A stretch of DNA of 64,000 nt, taken from NCBI GenBank assembly GCA_965645245.1, contig OZ287087.1, positions 1,550,001 to 1,614,000 on the forward strand, written 5' to 3'. Positions 1 through 12,623 of this stretch are shown in pieces. Under the pieces are notes generated by a model, which saw only the letters and a program-made list of their open reading frames with translations, was not told where the DNA came from and searched no databases. Origin of the DNA: Massalongia carnosa (taxonomy: Eukaryota). A program made the translations under genes and the position numbers. Within the stretch, counting starts at the first letter, position 1, and each line of letters begins with the position of its first letter.

Positions 1-519
1 CCTGCCAAAGCTCACCTCGGTTGAATTCACCGTGGCGAGGCCCAACCTGGCTTCCCAATTCTCCTCTGTTTCCCCTCCACAAGGTTCACCTCCACCTCTT
101 TCAGAAGACCTTATTCTGTTAGCCTATCAAATCATTCATTACCGTAAGGAATACGGCTTTAGCTCGGACATCCTTCCCATTGAACGAACCATTCAGTATA
201 TAGTCCACAGCTACAGAAGTCCGGAGGAATCATCATCAGGCCTTGCCCTCCGATCAGGTCGTGCTAGATCTCAGGTCCCCGCTAACTACCCGTTTCGTTG
301 GAAGTCAGACTCTGCGGCCCTTCGATGGTAGTTCTAAACTTTTCTGACCGAACAAGGAGTTTCCGAGAGACACCTCAGTTGCTACACTACCTCGACCTTG
401 ACCTTTCTCCTTCCGTAGGTGGCACCCCGGTCAGAGCCAATACACCAGTGGAGGAAGCCGACGTGGAGTTCGGAAGACCAGAAAGTTCCAGAAGTCATAT
501 CAATCAGCCCGCCGTTATC

Positions 520-3500
520 ATGGATAACGCTGCCCTCCAAGCTATGATAGCCGCTGCCGTAGCAGATTACTACCGGCAAAACCCACCAGTGCGTGGACCG
601 CCTGGTCCACCTGGTCCCCAAGGCCCCCAGCCAGAGGTCGATGGACCTGCACCAGGGCAACCAAGGTGGAATGCAGCAGACGTAGGTTTCTTTGACCCCA
701 TGTACGATGATAAGTCTTCCAATACTGGAAGTTCCATTGAGCATGTTGGAAAAGACACATACTTTAGAGATGTTCATCTATTCATAGAAAGGGTAAAAGA
801 TATTTTCGCCATCAAGGGTGACCAGTTGATCAGAGAAAACCTGTTCACATGCCTTAGAGGCGTAGCTCTACAATGGTACACAGTCGAGCTATCTGACGAA
901 GCTAAGCTTTTGGTAAGATATGGTCCTGGGGTTGATCATTGGACAACCTAGCTTCACAAGCGGTTCAAAGAGGCACCCAACGTCGCCATTGCGGCTGTAA
1001 TCAAAGGTAAGTACACTATGGAAGATGCTCGTCAACATCGAGAGCCCAGAGAGTACGCTGCCACCATGCTTCGTGCAGCTAAATCGGCCGAACTTGGCTC
1101 CACCGCTAATCACATCTTCCTCATCTACAACGGCTTGGATGTGGAATTCCAGAGAGATCTTCCATTACCTAACGTAGCCACTGATCTAGATATTTTCCTT
1201 CGCTCCCTACATGATCATAAACACATCTGGTGGCAACTAGCCTCTCGCCAGCAGAAGACGCCTGGATTCTCCAAACCTGATCGTACTTACGACATCAGGC
1301 CTAACAACCGAATCAACAAGTCAGCTAGTAAGTTCAACATCGGTCAACAAAGGCCTTTCTTTAGTAGTTCATCAGAAAGTTGGAACTACCAGCCCCGATC
1401 CGCCAACTGGCAGAATAGTCCCTCCTACAAACAATGGAATGGTCCTAACAATCAACAGCAGTTCCAGCAAGGTCCTACCTTACAAGTCACCGGTCGAACC
1501 CCTCTCGCCATAACGGCTACACCCAACGCGTCAAACGCATCAGCTTCCTCATCAAAACCAGACCGTCCTGCACAGGGATATCCAAGGTCAAACTACCGCA
1601 ATCAAAGAGGAGGAAACAAACAAAATCAAGGTGGCTATAGGAGGGCGTATCAGGCTTCAGTTGAAGACGACGAAGATCTGCAGGAGAGCCCCGGAACATC
1701 CTCAGTCGAGCCGGAGGACATGCCGGTAAATTTCGCTGGGTATGATGAGCATGGGAACGAGATGTTCTATGCAGAGCAGGATGCACCAGAGGAATCCGAG
1801 GACTTCGCTTGGTTTGTCGGCATAGACTCTTCCTGCACCAACTGTCAGGAATCCTTTCCATCGAAGAACAAACTACACAAACACCTACGGTCTGGATGTT
1901 CCAGGACATCGCCTGCCTCAAAAACCTTGAAAAAATTTGCAAATTTCACTTCTAACAAACTGTCAGTTGACAAAGAGAATGAACACGGATCGAACGTCTA
2001 TGCTACTTCCGTAGCAGACACCACTACCACTACTCCTATCATAGTCACATCCAAGGCTTCTACAGAAAACCTCGGTTTTGGACTAGGCTTTCGTAACTGG
2101 AACTTCATCGAGGGAGCGGTAAAGTTTACCCCGGAAGGTCCATCCACCGATTGCTGTCTGGACACTGGTTGTGATTCCACTTTGGGAGATCGAGAGTGGA
2201 TTAGCAGATACATTCCTAACGCTAAGGTTCATCTTATGGCAAATCCGCTACGAGTTCGAGGTATTGGTTCCAATACGCATGAAACAAAGGAGTATATTTT
2301 GGTTCCATTCTACATGCCGGCCTCAAAGGCGTCCGATGGAACGTCGGTTCTGGCCTGTATCACCCGTGAAATCCACATAGTGGATGGTCTCAAGGCCAAT
2401 ATGCTGATCGGAAACGACGTACTTGGACCAGAAGAATTTTTTATTGATATAAACAAGAAAAAGGCTTACATCGGTAGCTGTGATGTAAACATCAGCCTTC
2501 AGGTCAGACCTCGTGGAACGTTCATCAGAAAGACCGTTCGCACAAAGTCCGCTGTTACCGTCACCCCAGGTGCTGAGTTAAAAGTCCCTGTCAACATGAT
2601 CTTACCAGCAGACAGAGACTTTCTTTTTAAACCTACCGATAAAGCAAATGTAACTTTGTACTATCACCTCGTAGATGCACTTACTGCAGAAATCGTAGTC
2701 CGAAACGACTCGCCTATACCAGTGGAACTTCCAAGAAAATTCCGCCTCGGACAGGTCTCCGAGGTCCACTATAACGAATGTTTTCACATAGCTGACAAAG
2801 ACCTTGCCACCAAACCACCAAAGGCAAGTTGGTTCAAAAAAGCATTTAAAGCAGCAGCATTTCTGACTGCTGTTACTATGGATCTACCTACTCCAAGTCT
2901 TTCATCATTTCCCCCAGAAAATTCCATTAAGGTAGCTACCACAGCATCTTGCAACAAGTATGAGACCAAACTAGCCAACGGTGTCATGACCTATGGCGAC
3001 ACGATAGCCACCAGGGCCTATTCAGACCTGGTAGACGAGTTTCCCTCACTATGGAAGGACGAAGGCTTCATTGATGTTCCTATGAATCAGTGGATGAAGC
3101 TACCCCTTCGCGAGGATTGGCAGTCGAAGGTCTCTGGAAAATCCAAGGTCTATCCCCTGGGAATAGAAGACAGGGAAATAGTAGATAAAACCTTTGACGA
3201 AATGCATCGACAAGGACGATTAATATGGACTAATACGCATACTCCATTCAGCTACCCTGTTTTTGTCGTTTGGAAGAAAATCGGTGACGTCCGGAAAGGC
3301 CGTGCCGTCGTAGACATCAGAGGCCTGAATGATCTTCTGGTTCCTGATGCCTACCCGGTCCATCTACAAAGTGATGTCATAACAGACCTTCGTGGATGTA
3401 CTCACATTTCTGTCCTAGACGCGAATTCTTTCTTCTATCAATGGCGCGTTCATCCGGAAGACACATAAAAGCAAACAATAGTCACTCACCGAGGCCAGGA

Positions 3501-6452
3501 GACCTTTTTGGTACCAGTGATGGGCAATCGCAACTCCATTGCTTATGTTCAAAGACAAATGGACACCATTCTTCGGGACTTCCGTGACTTTGTCAAAGCT
3601 TACATAGATGACGTGGTAGTAAGATCAACGTCCCTAAATGAGCATTTAATGCATCTTCGGAAAATCTTCTCCTTATTCGTGAAGCTTGGAATATCCATCA
3701 AGCCCACCAAGGCTTTTTTAGGCTATTCAGACGTTGCTCTTCTCGGGCAGAGGGTAAACTCCCTCGGCATGTCCACCTCCGAGGAGAAACTTCGCGCCAT
3801 ATCTCTGTTGAAGTTCCCCAAGGCGCTGATAGACTTAGAACATTACCTCGGTCTTACCGGCTATCTACGTTCTTTCATCTACTACTATGCAGGCATAGCC
3901 CGCCCTCTACAAGACCTAAAAACGCGCCTTCTAAGGGCATCTCCGAAAGGAGGTCAACAACGACGAAATTATACGTCTCGTACTAAGATAATCCCTACCG
4001 AAAAAGAGACTTCAGCGTTTATAACCCTTCAGAAGCTGCTTAGCAAACCCTCCATCCTCATTCATTTTAGTCCACACCGCATTCTCTGGATAGACCTAGA
4101 CGCCTCCAAAGATTTTGGGTATGGTGTTATAGTCTTCCATGTCAAAGTCGGTGTTATAGTACCAATCGGAAAATGGCCTTCAAGAAATCAAATAGAACCC
4201 ATCATGTTCCTTAGCCGTCTCCTTACGGCGGCTGAAAAGAACTACTGGCCTACTGAACTAGAGATGGCAGGTCTAGTATGGACCATCAAAAAAGTCAGAC
4301 ACCTTGTCCAATCAGCAGAGCATCCAACGATCGTTCAGACAGATCACTCCGCTATAATCGAAATCAGTAAGCAAAAGCTAATAACGGCCACTACATCGAC
4401 CATGAGAATGAACGTCCGATTGATCAGAGCTTCTCAGTTTCTGAGTCAATTCCGACTCGACATCAGGCATAAACCAGGCAAAGAGCACATCATTCCTGAT
4501 GCTCTTTCCCGACTAGCCAGCGCCAACGTGAGGCCTATCTTAGCCGATGATCACTCGGAGTTGGATGTCTTATACGTCTACAACACTACGGTCGTAGAAA
4601 TGAGCAATGACTTCAGAAAACGTCTCATCGCCGGTTATTCTACAGATAAATTATGGATCAATATAATCCAAATAATAGACACTAACGATAAACTCGACGA
4701 GGGCGCCGCTAAAATTCCTTTTGCCCGGGGAAACACTATGGAAATTCCAGTCAATCCAGCTTAGATGAACTCAACTGAAAAATCAACTCAGGACATTTTG
4801 CCAATTGGCAAAACAGACAAGGATCTCATCTATCACATAGATAGATTCTCAGGTATCAGACGTCTCTGTATACCAGCCAGTTGTGTCAAAGACATATTTG
4901 CTATAGCGCATGGAAATGGTCATCCTGGATTTGCCAGGGGCTATGAGATAGTTACTCGTTCATGGTACGTCAGGAACCTGGTACAGACATTACGAGAGTA
5001 CATACGACACTGTCCAGAATGTCTAGTACTTCAGACCAGAAGACATAAACCCTGGGGAAGTCTTCAGCCCATCGACAGCCCACCGGTTCCATTTCATACT
5101 ATTACTTTGGATTTTATCCTAGCACTTCCCATCACTAAGGAAGCATGGGACTCGATAATGTCTGTAACGGATAATTTTACCAAGCAAATAACCATGATTC
5201 CTGGAAAGTCCACGTTCGGTGCAGTAAATTGGGCAGACCTTCTCTACGAACGTCTTTCTCTTATGAACTGGGGTCTGCCCAAGGTGATTATTACCGATCG
5301 GGATCCAAAGTTCCTATCTGAGCTATGGAAGGCGATCTTTCATAGACTGGGTATTTCCCTACTCTATTCCACAGCTTATCATCCTCAGACGGATGGAAGT
5401 TCGGAACGAACGAATCAAACGGCGGAAATTGCCTTACGTTTTCACATAAGCACCCTGGAGGCTCCAACTGACTGGCCAAAAGTCCTAGTTTCTATTCAGT
5501 CATCTCTGAACAACTCTTCATCTTCCACCACCGGAAAGACTCCTAATGAGCTAGCATTTGGATTTACTCCAAACACGGCCCTGGATCTTCTCAGGGATGA
5601 TGCCGAAATACAAATATCCGCAGTTAGAAATCAAGCTAGGGACGCTATCTCCTTTGCCAGTATGAATTATAAACGGCACTATGACCGCTTACATCAAGCT
5701 TTGTTCATGAAGGAGGGAGAATGGGCCCTGCTCAAGCTTCATAAGGGATATTCCATTCCCTCGACCACTGGAGTAACCAAGAAGCTCACTCAACAGTACG
5801 TAGGGCCTTTCAAGGTCTTACAGAAGGTCGGCCGCTTGGCTTACCGCCTGACGTCCCTCCCCACTGGAAGGTTCATCCTGTCTTCTCGGTAGCACAGCTA
5901 GAGCCCTGTCCGCCACCAGCGACGGACCCGTTTGACCGTCCCAGGCCTGATCATCCACCCACCGTCTTCGTAGAAGGAGACACGGACTACCTCAAGTCTT
6001 ACGAGATAGAAAGGATATTAAATAAACGTGTCGTCCGGAAAGGCCGCGGACAGTCCATACAGTACTTGGTAAAATGGAAGGGCTACGGACCCGAGTTCGA
6101 TCAATGGTATAGCATCAAGGATCTTGACAATGCCAAGGAATTAGTCTATGACTACGAAAAGAGCATAGGGTCCACACTGTCCATTGGCAGTCCACCTGCG
6201 TCAACACCCTCCAGTACTGCGGTAGTTACCAAGGAAACACCTGCTATCACAGCACCAGCTGGTGAGGCAGTACAAATGTCAAAGGTGGCTCCCGCTGAAA
6301 CGTCCACGATTGGTCCTACAAAGGTCACACCTACTCCACAATCCGCCTCACTAACACCTACTACGGGAGCTATGGTACCCGCTACAAAAGCAGTCGTGCC
6401 GGTAAAGAGGGGTCGTGGAAGACCCAGGAAAGATGGCAGAGTTAGTAAGTAA
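520..6452 (+). pseudogene. Gag-Pol polyprotein with C2H2 finger, protease, RT, RNase H, integrase, chromodomain and C-terminal AT-hook
   Basis: Motifs CTNC..HKHL, CLDTG, YIDD, DAS, HGNGH..CPEC, ITLDFI/ITDRD/GSSERTN, GPF, YLVKWKGYG and KRGRGRPRK. In-frame stops at 949, 3466 and 4762; frameshift near 5850. Confidence 0.9.
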
Positions 6453-6498
6453 TAATATTGCTACGGGGTCGTAGCAGCTTTATTTGCTCGGGGGAAGT

Positions 6499-6702
6499 TG
6501 TCACGATAATATAATATAGCATGCTTTCGTACTCTAACACTTGCTTATCTCCGTGATAAGCCCGGCTTAACACTTTGGTCCTTCCATGATAGGAGCAGGT
6601 CCAGATTGGGACTAGTCTAGATTAGCTGTATATAGACGAGCTTGCTCGCACATCTCAATGGACATCCTTTTACACACCCTTATTATGATGATTACCTTTA
6701 CA
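6499..6702 (+). repeat. 3' LTR of the chromovirus
   Basis: TG start directly after the PPT; TATA-like TATATAG; 3' boundary cannot be confirmed without the sister LTR. Confidence 0.6.
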
Positions 6703-6915
6703 ACTTTGACTCGAAATTTCGACACCACCACAGCAGACTCAACGGGTCACTAGCTCCAGTTTTTCATTGTCGGCGCTTCTGATCATTAATCTGATCCTCC
6801 GAGCGTTGTTTTCGAAAGCCTAAAAGCGTTGAATGTGATGAACTTGCTTGATGTGCGTTTGCGGGCTAAGAATCCAACTCGCGAATCGTCGAATATCGCT
6901 CGCGAACACATCTAA

Positions 6916-9092
6916 ATGGACGATCCTATAGCGTCGATAACTCGCGAGCAGGTGACGACCGTGATTTTAAGTAAATTCGGCTTTTCGCCAAAGAATGAGC
7001 AAGTTGACGCTATCATGACTTTGGCACAAGATCAAAAGGATCTGATATTTATCGCCAAGATTGGATTTGGAAAGAGTATTATCTTTCAAGCTATGCCATT
7101 AATGTTCTCTTGTCTTAAGATCGCTTTAATTATCATGCCTCTCAAGACCTTAGAAGCTCAACAGTGCAAGAAATTGAGCGTTATCGAGGGATGAAAGCCT
7201 TTCGTGTTGGACGGTGATAGTAATAATTCTTCTAATTTAAAGTTAATTCGTGAAAACAATTATACGCATGGTGTGTATTCAAATTATGATTGAGATAAAT
7301 ATAAGAACTTACTAGTTGATATGAATAGTTTTTACTAGCCCAGAGATAGCGACGTCAAAGCTGTTTAATCAGGAGGTTCTGAGGCATCCAAGTTTCTTCT
7401 TGAATTTATGTCTTTTAGCTCTTGATGAGATGCATCTTGTATCCGAATGGCAAGATATCCGGCCCGAATACTTCAATCTCGGTGTGCTTCGTACACGATT
7501 ACCAGACGGTATTCCTTTTCTGGGTGCGTCTGCAACGCTGGATCCAAAAACCCTAGAGAGCGTTAAAGATCGCTGTGGCTTTGATAACGAAAGTATTGTT
7601 ATTCAAACAGCGCTTGATCGTCCAGAGATATACATACAGACAAGCAGTCTACAGAGGTCTATGAACAGCATGATCGATCTTCAACATCTTTTACCAACAC
7701 GGGCTGAGAGTCCTTTTGATATTCCGAAAACAATTAGCTTCATGGATTCAATTTCATCTATCAAAAAGGCGTGTGCGCTAATGAAAGTATGGATGAATCA
7801 GTTGTCCTATCCAATTGAGGCCGCTAGTTGGGTCGCGCCTTTCTTTTCCGACATGGCCACCCAAGACAAAGAAAGGATTGCGGCTCGCTTCGAAATGCCC
7901 TCGAATCAATGTAAATTTCCTCGAATCCTGATCGCAACGGATGCATACGGCCTTGGTATTGATAATCCAGACGTTATGAGAGTTACGCATTGGCTGCTAC
8001 CCTCGTCAATTGCGAAGCTATATCAACGTTTAGGTCGTGCTTTGCGTTGCGGTCGAGGACAGGCGCATTTTACTCTTTTGCATCCTTCTTGGTGCATAGG
8101 TCCAAGAAGCGGATCAAAAATGGACGAACAGGACTGATCTGCTGACGCGGGAATCGAGATTGAATCCAAGGCCAGTAAACGCTGCATCAATCAAAAGGAT
8201 GCTGATCGGCGACGAGATATGCCACCGGGTCTTTGGGAGATAATCAATGTGCCTTCAGATGGTTGCGTTCGAGGTATTGGCTTGAATTTCTTCAATGATA
8301 AAGTGTATCCAACGTCGGCCTATGTTAAGCCGCAACCTTGCTGTTCAATTTGCGATCCAAGTTTTCAGACATCAACAGCCGCCAATGAGATGTTAAATAG
8401 AACGGCCGAGCGTGACTCGTCTAGGCGGCCTTGGTTCACCCTTAAACTTCGAGAATGGAGGGAGGCCAAGGCGCAGGAAAAGTTCCTAAATTCACATATG
8501 CGATACTTCCCATCATTGATAATGCCCGATGAGGTACTGAATTCTTTGACCACTTGGGCGGATCAGATTGTGGACGAGCCCACCATGCGACGATGGATTG
8601 GTAACACATGGGCTGGTATTAGGCCCTACGGCACCGAGCTTTTAGAAATTTTAAAGCGGGGTCAAGCGATGAGATTAGACGAGGGAGACATATTCGAGGA
8701 ATGGAAACGACACAACGACATAGAGCGAAAACGATTACCCAGCCTAACATGCAACTCCGCCAGTATTGAACTTGAGGAACGGAGGTAAAACTGGATGATC
8801 AAACAAGGATATATGTCGAGAAAGGTTTTAAAAAGCGAAATGCGGTCAAGAAGAAAGTCTCGAAGGAAAGCGAGAGCACGGAGCCATCGGGCGAGAATCC
8901 TGCGCCTAATCACAATATCTCCGATGCGGCGCTCGTTGTTGACAATGTTGAAGCTCTTAAATCATCGATGAAGGCATCAAAGACCAAAAAAGCGCCTCCA
9001 GATCCTATGGAAGCGTTGTCGCTGAATGTACCCATGGTCCTTCCTCCGACACGATCTAGACAACAAAGAAAGTGTCCCGTCCGCTACCTCTG
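6916..9092 (+). pseudogene. RecQ-like superfamily 2 helicase with HRDC-like C-terminus (AcademH-type helicase)
   Basis: AKIGFGKS (motif I), DEMH (II), SAT (III), ATDAYGLGID (V), QRLGRALR (VI), CC..CD zinc module, LREWR..IMPDEVL; intron ~7272-7328; stops at 7192, 8135 and 8786. Confidence 0.88.
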
Positions 9093-9094
9093 AC

Positions 9095-11825
9095 TCTGTA
9101 AAGTCGCGCGGCGCGGATTTACATGACTAGGCTATCTCGTGGTATCGATGATTTAAGCAAAAAAACATACCGCCAGATATCTCGAGACGGGCCATTGAAA
9201 TGACAGGGCTGTCGGGGACCTGCTTTGTTTCATTGACAAAATCGGGCTCGGCTTCATACTTACCCTCAAGGTCGTCTGTTGAAATTTCTTTTGAAATTTC
9301 TTCGGAAAGATACTGCTGATTGTATTTTAATATATTTTCTCCAAGTTTCTTCAATCCCTCAACATAAAGATTAGCGGTTGGATTAGTTGAAAATCGATCA
9401 TAGCTTCTTTTACAGAGTGATTTATGCGCTAGTGCCGTAGCCATGCCCCACACATCCTCCGCGGCCGATTTTGCTGGATGCCTTGAAGATTTGATTCTTC
9501 CAAAGTAAAACTCAACGATTTCTTTGAGCTTCATAAGATATGGACCGTTGAGTGCCCAGTTCTCGAGCAAGGTGTCACTATACTTTGAAAAATAAGATCG
9601 CTCGTGTTGGAACGTCTTGAGGTTATTGTTTAGTATCTCTAAAAGCCGATCAGTCTCAAAACTCGACTCTTCGTCACCGCGTAAATTGACAAGACTATTC
9701 ATTAAAATACTTTCCTGTAGCCTTATGGTCGCTGCGGAAGAATCAATCGCATGAAGGGTGTATAAAAGAGCTTGCGCATATTTCGGGGTGCCAGCTACGC
9801 TTGCCTGAAAGATCACTGTTGCGTGGCGCAATGCGTGACGAAGTAGTCCAATATCCGCATATTTGATTGCGTATCGAAGTGTTAGATACGATTCAACGTG
9901 ATCACAGAAGTTCTGATGATTCTGAAATTGTTGATCAAGCGTTGGAGGAAGCATATCTATTGACGTTGAGCGTAATTCCGCTTGAAGTTTGCGAGATATC
10001 CTGCCCAACATATTCATCCAAGTGCCATCCTGCCCGCAAGTCTGCGCTGTGAAATAGTTGCTTCGATTCGCTGCGGAGCATATCCATCCTTTCGTAAAAA
10101 CCTAATCCACGTCCCAATGATTCTAGCTTGATAGCTCTGAATGATCAGATCCTCTAAGGCCTGGAAATCGTTCGGCTGCACGACACGAGCGCGACCCCAC
10201 CGATCGGCGGCATATTGAAGAGTCGAAGGATCAACCGGCTGGGCCTCTCCCCAATGTATTTTATGAATAAGCTGCAGCATGTTAAAGCGAAGATGCCATA
10301 ACCCTAATCCCGGTAAAATCCAGTCGAACCGATCGAAAGATTGCTCCGATATCCCACGACGTAATTCCTTGACAGATTGCATTCTCGACCATGTCTTGAG
10401 GTCACCATAGATAAGCCGAATGACGCTCGCAAACGTCGAGTCATCCTCCTTGAACTTGAACTGTCGCACAAATATATCCTCCAATATTTGAATATTATTA
10501 GATGTTGTGCTCTCATCTTTCATGACTGGTTTGATAGGAATGTAATTGGTCTTGTATTTTTTCATCTTATTCAGCACGGGCATTGCAGTCGACCAGGGAA
10601 GTTGAACGTCGCCGATCTCTGGGCCATAAAGTGCTCGAATCGCTGACTCTAGATGATGAAGACGAATCTAGGTGCGCGGTGCATTAGCGGTTGAGCGCGG
10701 TATATACATCTCGTCCTGTATTGAACTCACCTGCATCTCGAGATCACCAGTCTCCAGCTTTCGCGCGATTCTTTCAGCTGATAAAAGATGCGTGGCGGGG
10801 CGCCACATATCCTGCCTCAAAGCGCCGGCATCGAATCCTTGCCCCTGGAAAATTAGAGCAGTAGTGATTGATCTGACGTCTCTATTATCCCCCGTGCGCT
10901 CTCCTCGTTTACCTTCTGCGAAGTCAAAGTTATCGTATGTCAAGATCATGTTTGAGCCTTGTCCTAGCATCTGAACCTTTCGTTCGGCCTCCTTAATCAA
11001 GGATAACATGCGCCGCTGCAGGGTAGTATATGACATCGTCAGGTCAAAATGACAGAGTGTATCTAGAACTCGCCGCCTCGCCCCACCTTGATAAATATAA
11101 AGGCCTAAGACGGACTGAATATTAGTCGCCTTATTAGGTCGCAATTTGTGACAAAGCATTGCCAATATAATGGTGTGCCGGCCGCTGGGAGAATCCAACG
11201 TCACATCGAGAGGTTGCTGAGGGCGAGCCTCGCGACAAACACCATCAATTAGCTCAAGCCATCGTGGCGCCAACTGCTTGGCGGCAGATGCAGCAAGTTT
11301 AATAGCCTCCAAGGTCCCAAACTCGACTGTCGCAGAGGGCGGCTGGAAAGGGCCAAAGGCTGCGTGATCTGCCAAAGCTTTGATTTCTTCACGAAGCGCA
11401 TCCGCGGCCCAAACCCATCCTCTCTCGCGAAGGATAGTGGATATTCTACCAGGCCCAATGAGGCTTGAAAAGTTTTCTTGCCGCACAATATCGACATAGA
11501 CAAAATCGAAGAGCTGGCCTTGCGCCTTTCGCATACTATGACGGGCTCGATTCTTACAAAGTGTTGATAAAAAATCTTTTACCGACCAATTTAGAGAGCT
11601 CAGAACTTTAAGCACCTCAACCAGCTTGTCGTAATCTGATATGCGCCGGCGGTGGCGTTTCGCGCCTCCATTTTTTTCAGGTAAGGCAGGAGGGGAGGAG
11701 GAAGAGGGTGAGCTATCATTACTGCCTGACGGCGATGGGTGGGGCCGCTTGAGCGCACCGGCGGGAGTCAAGGGACTTGTCCGTAGGTCGGTAAGTGGCG
11801 AGGAGGGGCCCCCGACAAGAGCCAT
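9095..11825 (-). pseudogene. DUF6589-like / Academ-type DDE transposase
   Basis: YDNFDF, GDLKT, GLGLWH and ETDRLLE motifs; intron 10730-10668; frameshift ~10020-10090; convergent with the RecQ gene. Confidence 0.75.
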
Positions 11826-12623
11826 GGCTTTCGTCAGATAGCTTCAATCTAGAGATATCATACAATATCATTGATTGGCCGTCATTATTCATATCATCAT
11901 GATCTTTGTAACTAAATGTAATCGCGCTACATGAAAATAATCAGTTCATCAACCTCAAAATTGAGCGAAAGCGAGCAATTTATCACTTAATCGACTCTCA
12001 CATCGCTTTAATAGCCTGATGGTGGTTATAACACATGATTATCGAGTCATCCATCTTGAGAGGTGCGTTTTTGCTATAAAATACAGTCTCTGGTAAACTA
12101 ATTCGACCCTAATCATTGTATTAAATCCATAAAACGAAAGGTGGCACTGATAAAATTTTTATTACCCGGATCTAGCCGTAATTTTGAGTTTTGCGCTCAG
12201 ACGTACTATCGCACTGATGATAGTCAGCAGCGACGCTAACCCGAAGGGGCTTAGCGAAATAGGCTAACCCGGAGGGGCTTAGCCGACTCATAGAGCCACG
12301 CACGTCTGAGGTACTGAGGCAACTCGGTCGCAAATATTCAGGTATCTCGGCAAATTCCAATATCGGTTAACTTAATGGTAAAGCTTATTTAACCGCGAGG
12401 TCGTTATACGCCGTGACTTAGGATTTCAAAGCAAAGTACATTCCAGGACAAGAGTTTCGAAGTAGCTTAAAAATCAAAGCATAGCGACATTCTTTGAAGC
12501 AGGAATTAATTATCCAATGATTAAAATGGTATATAAGGACGTAAAGGGCGATGGAGGTGGGTGTGGAAGGAGGTTGTAATAATTTTCTATGTGAAAAACT
12601 TTTCTAGGTACTGGAAAACCATA

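Larger units (their letters stand above)
1..6702 (+). mobile_element. Ty3/Gypsy chromovirus LTR retrotransposon; 5' LTR lies outside the window
   Basis: gag-PR-RT-RH-IN-chromodomain order; polypurine tract CGGGGGAAGT precedes TGTCACG at 6499. The LTR end (~6702, TTTACA) is tentative. Confidence 0.93.
6703..12174. mobile_element. AcademH-like DNA transposon (helicase and transposase in opposite orientation)
   Basis: Two-gene architecture. A possible right terminus is ...CCCGGATCTA (12174). The left terminus is not visible and probably lies beyond the Ty3 insertion. Confidence 0.65.

Noticed and set aside
12211..12295. Canonical hammerhead ribozyme (CTGATGA...GAAA)
   Set aside because: Stem II does not close directly on the core, there is no NUH triplet in register and no stem I pairing.
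12363..12410. tRNA gene (TAACTTAATGGTAAAGC resembles a D-arm/A-box)
   Set aside because: No T-arm/B-box (GTTCRA) or acceptor stem; a tRNA-derived origin is not excluded.
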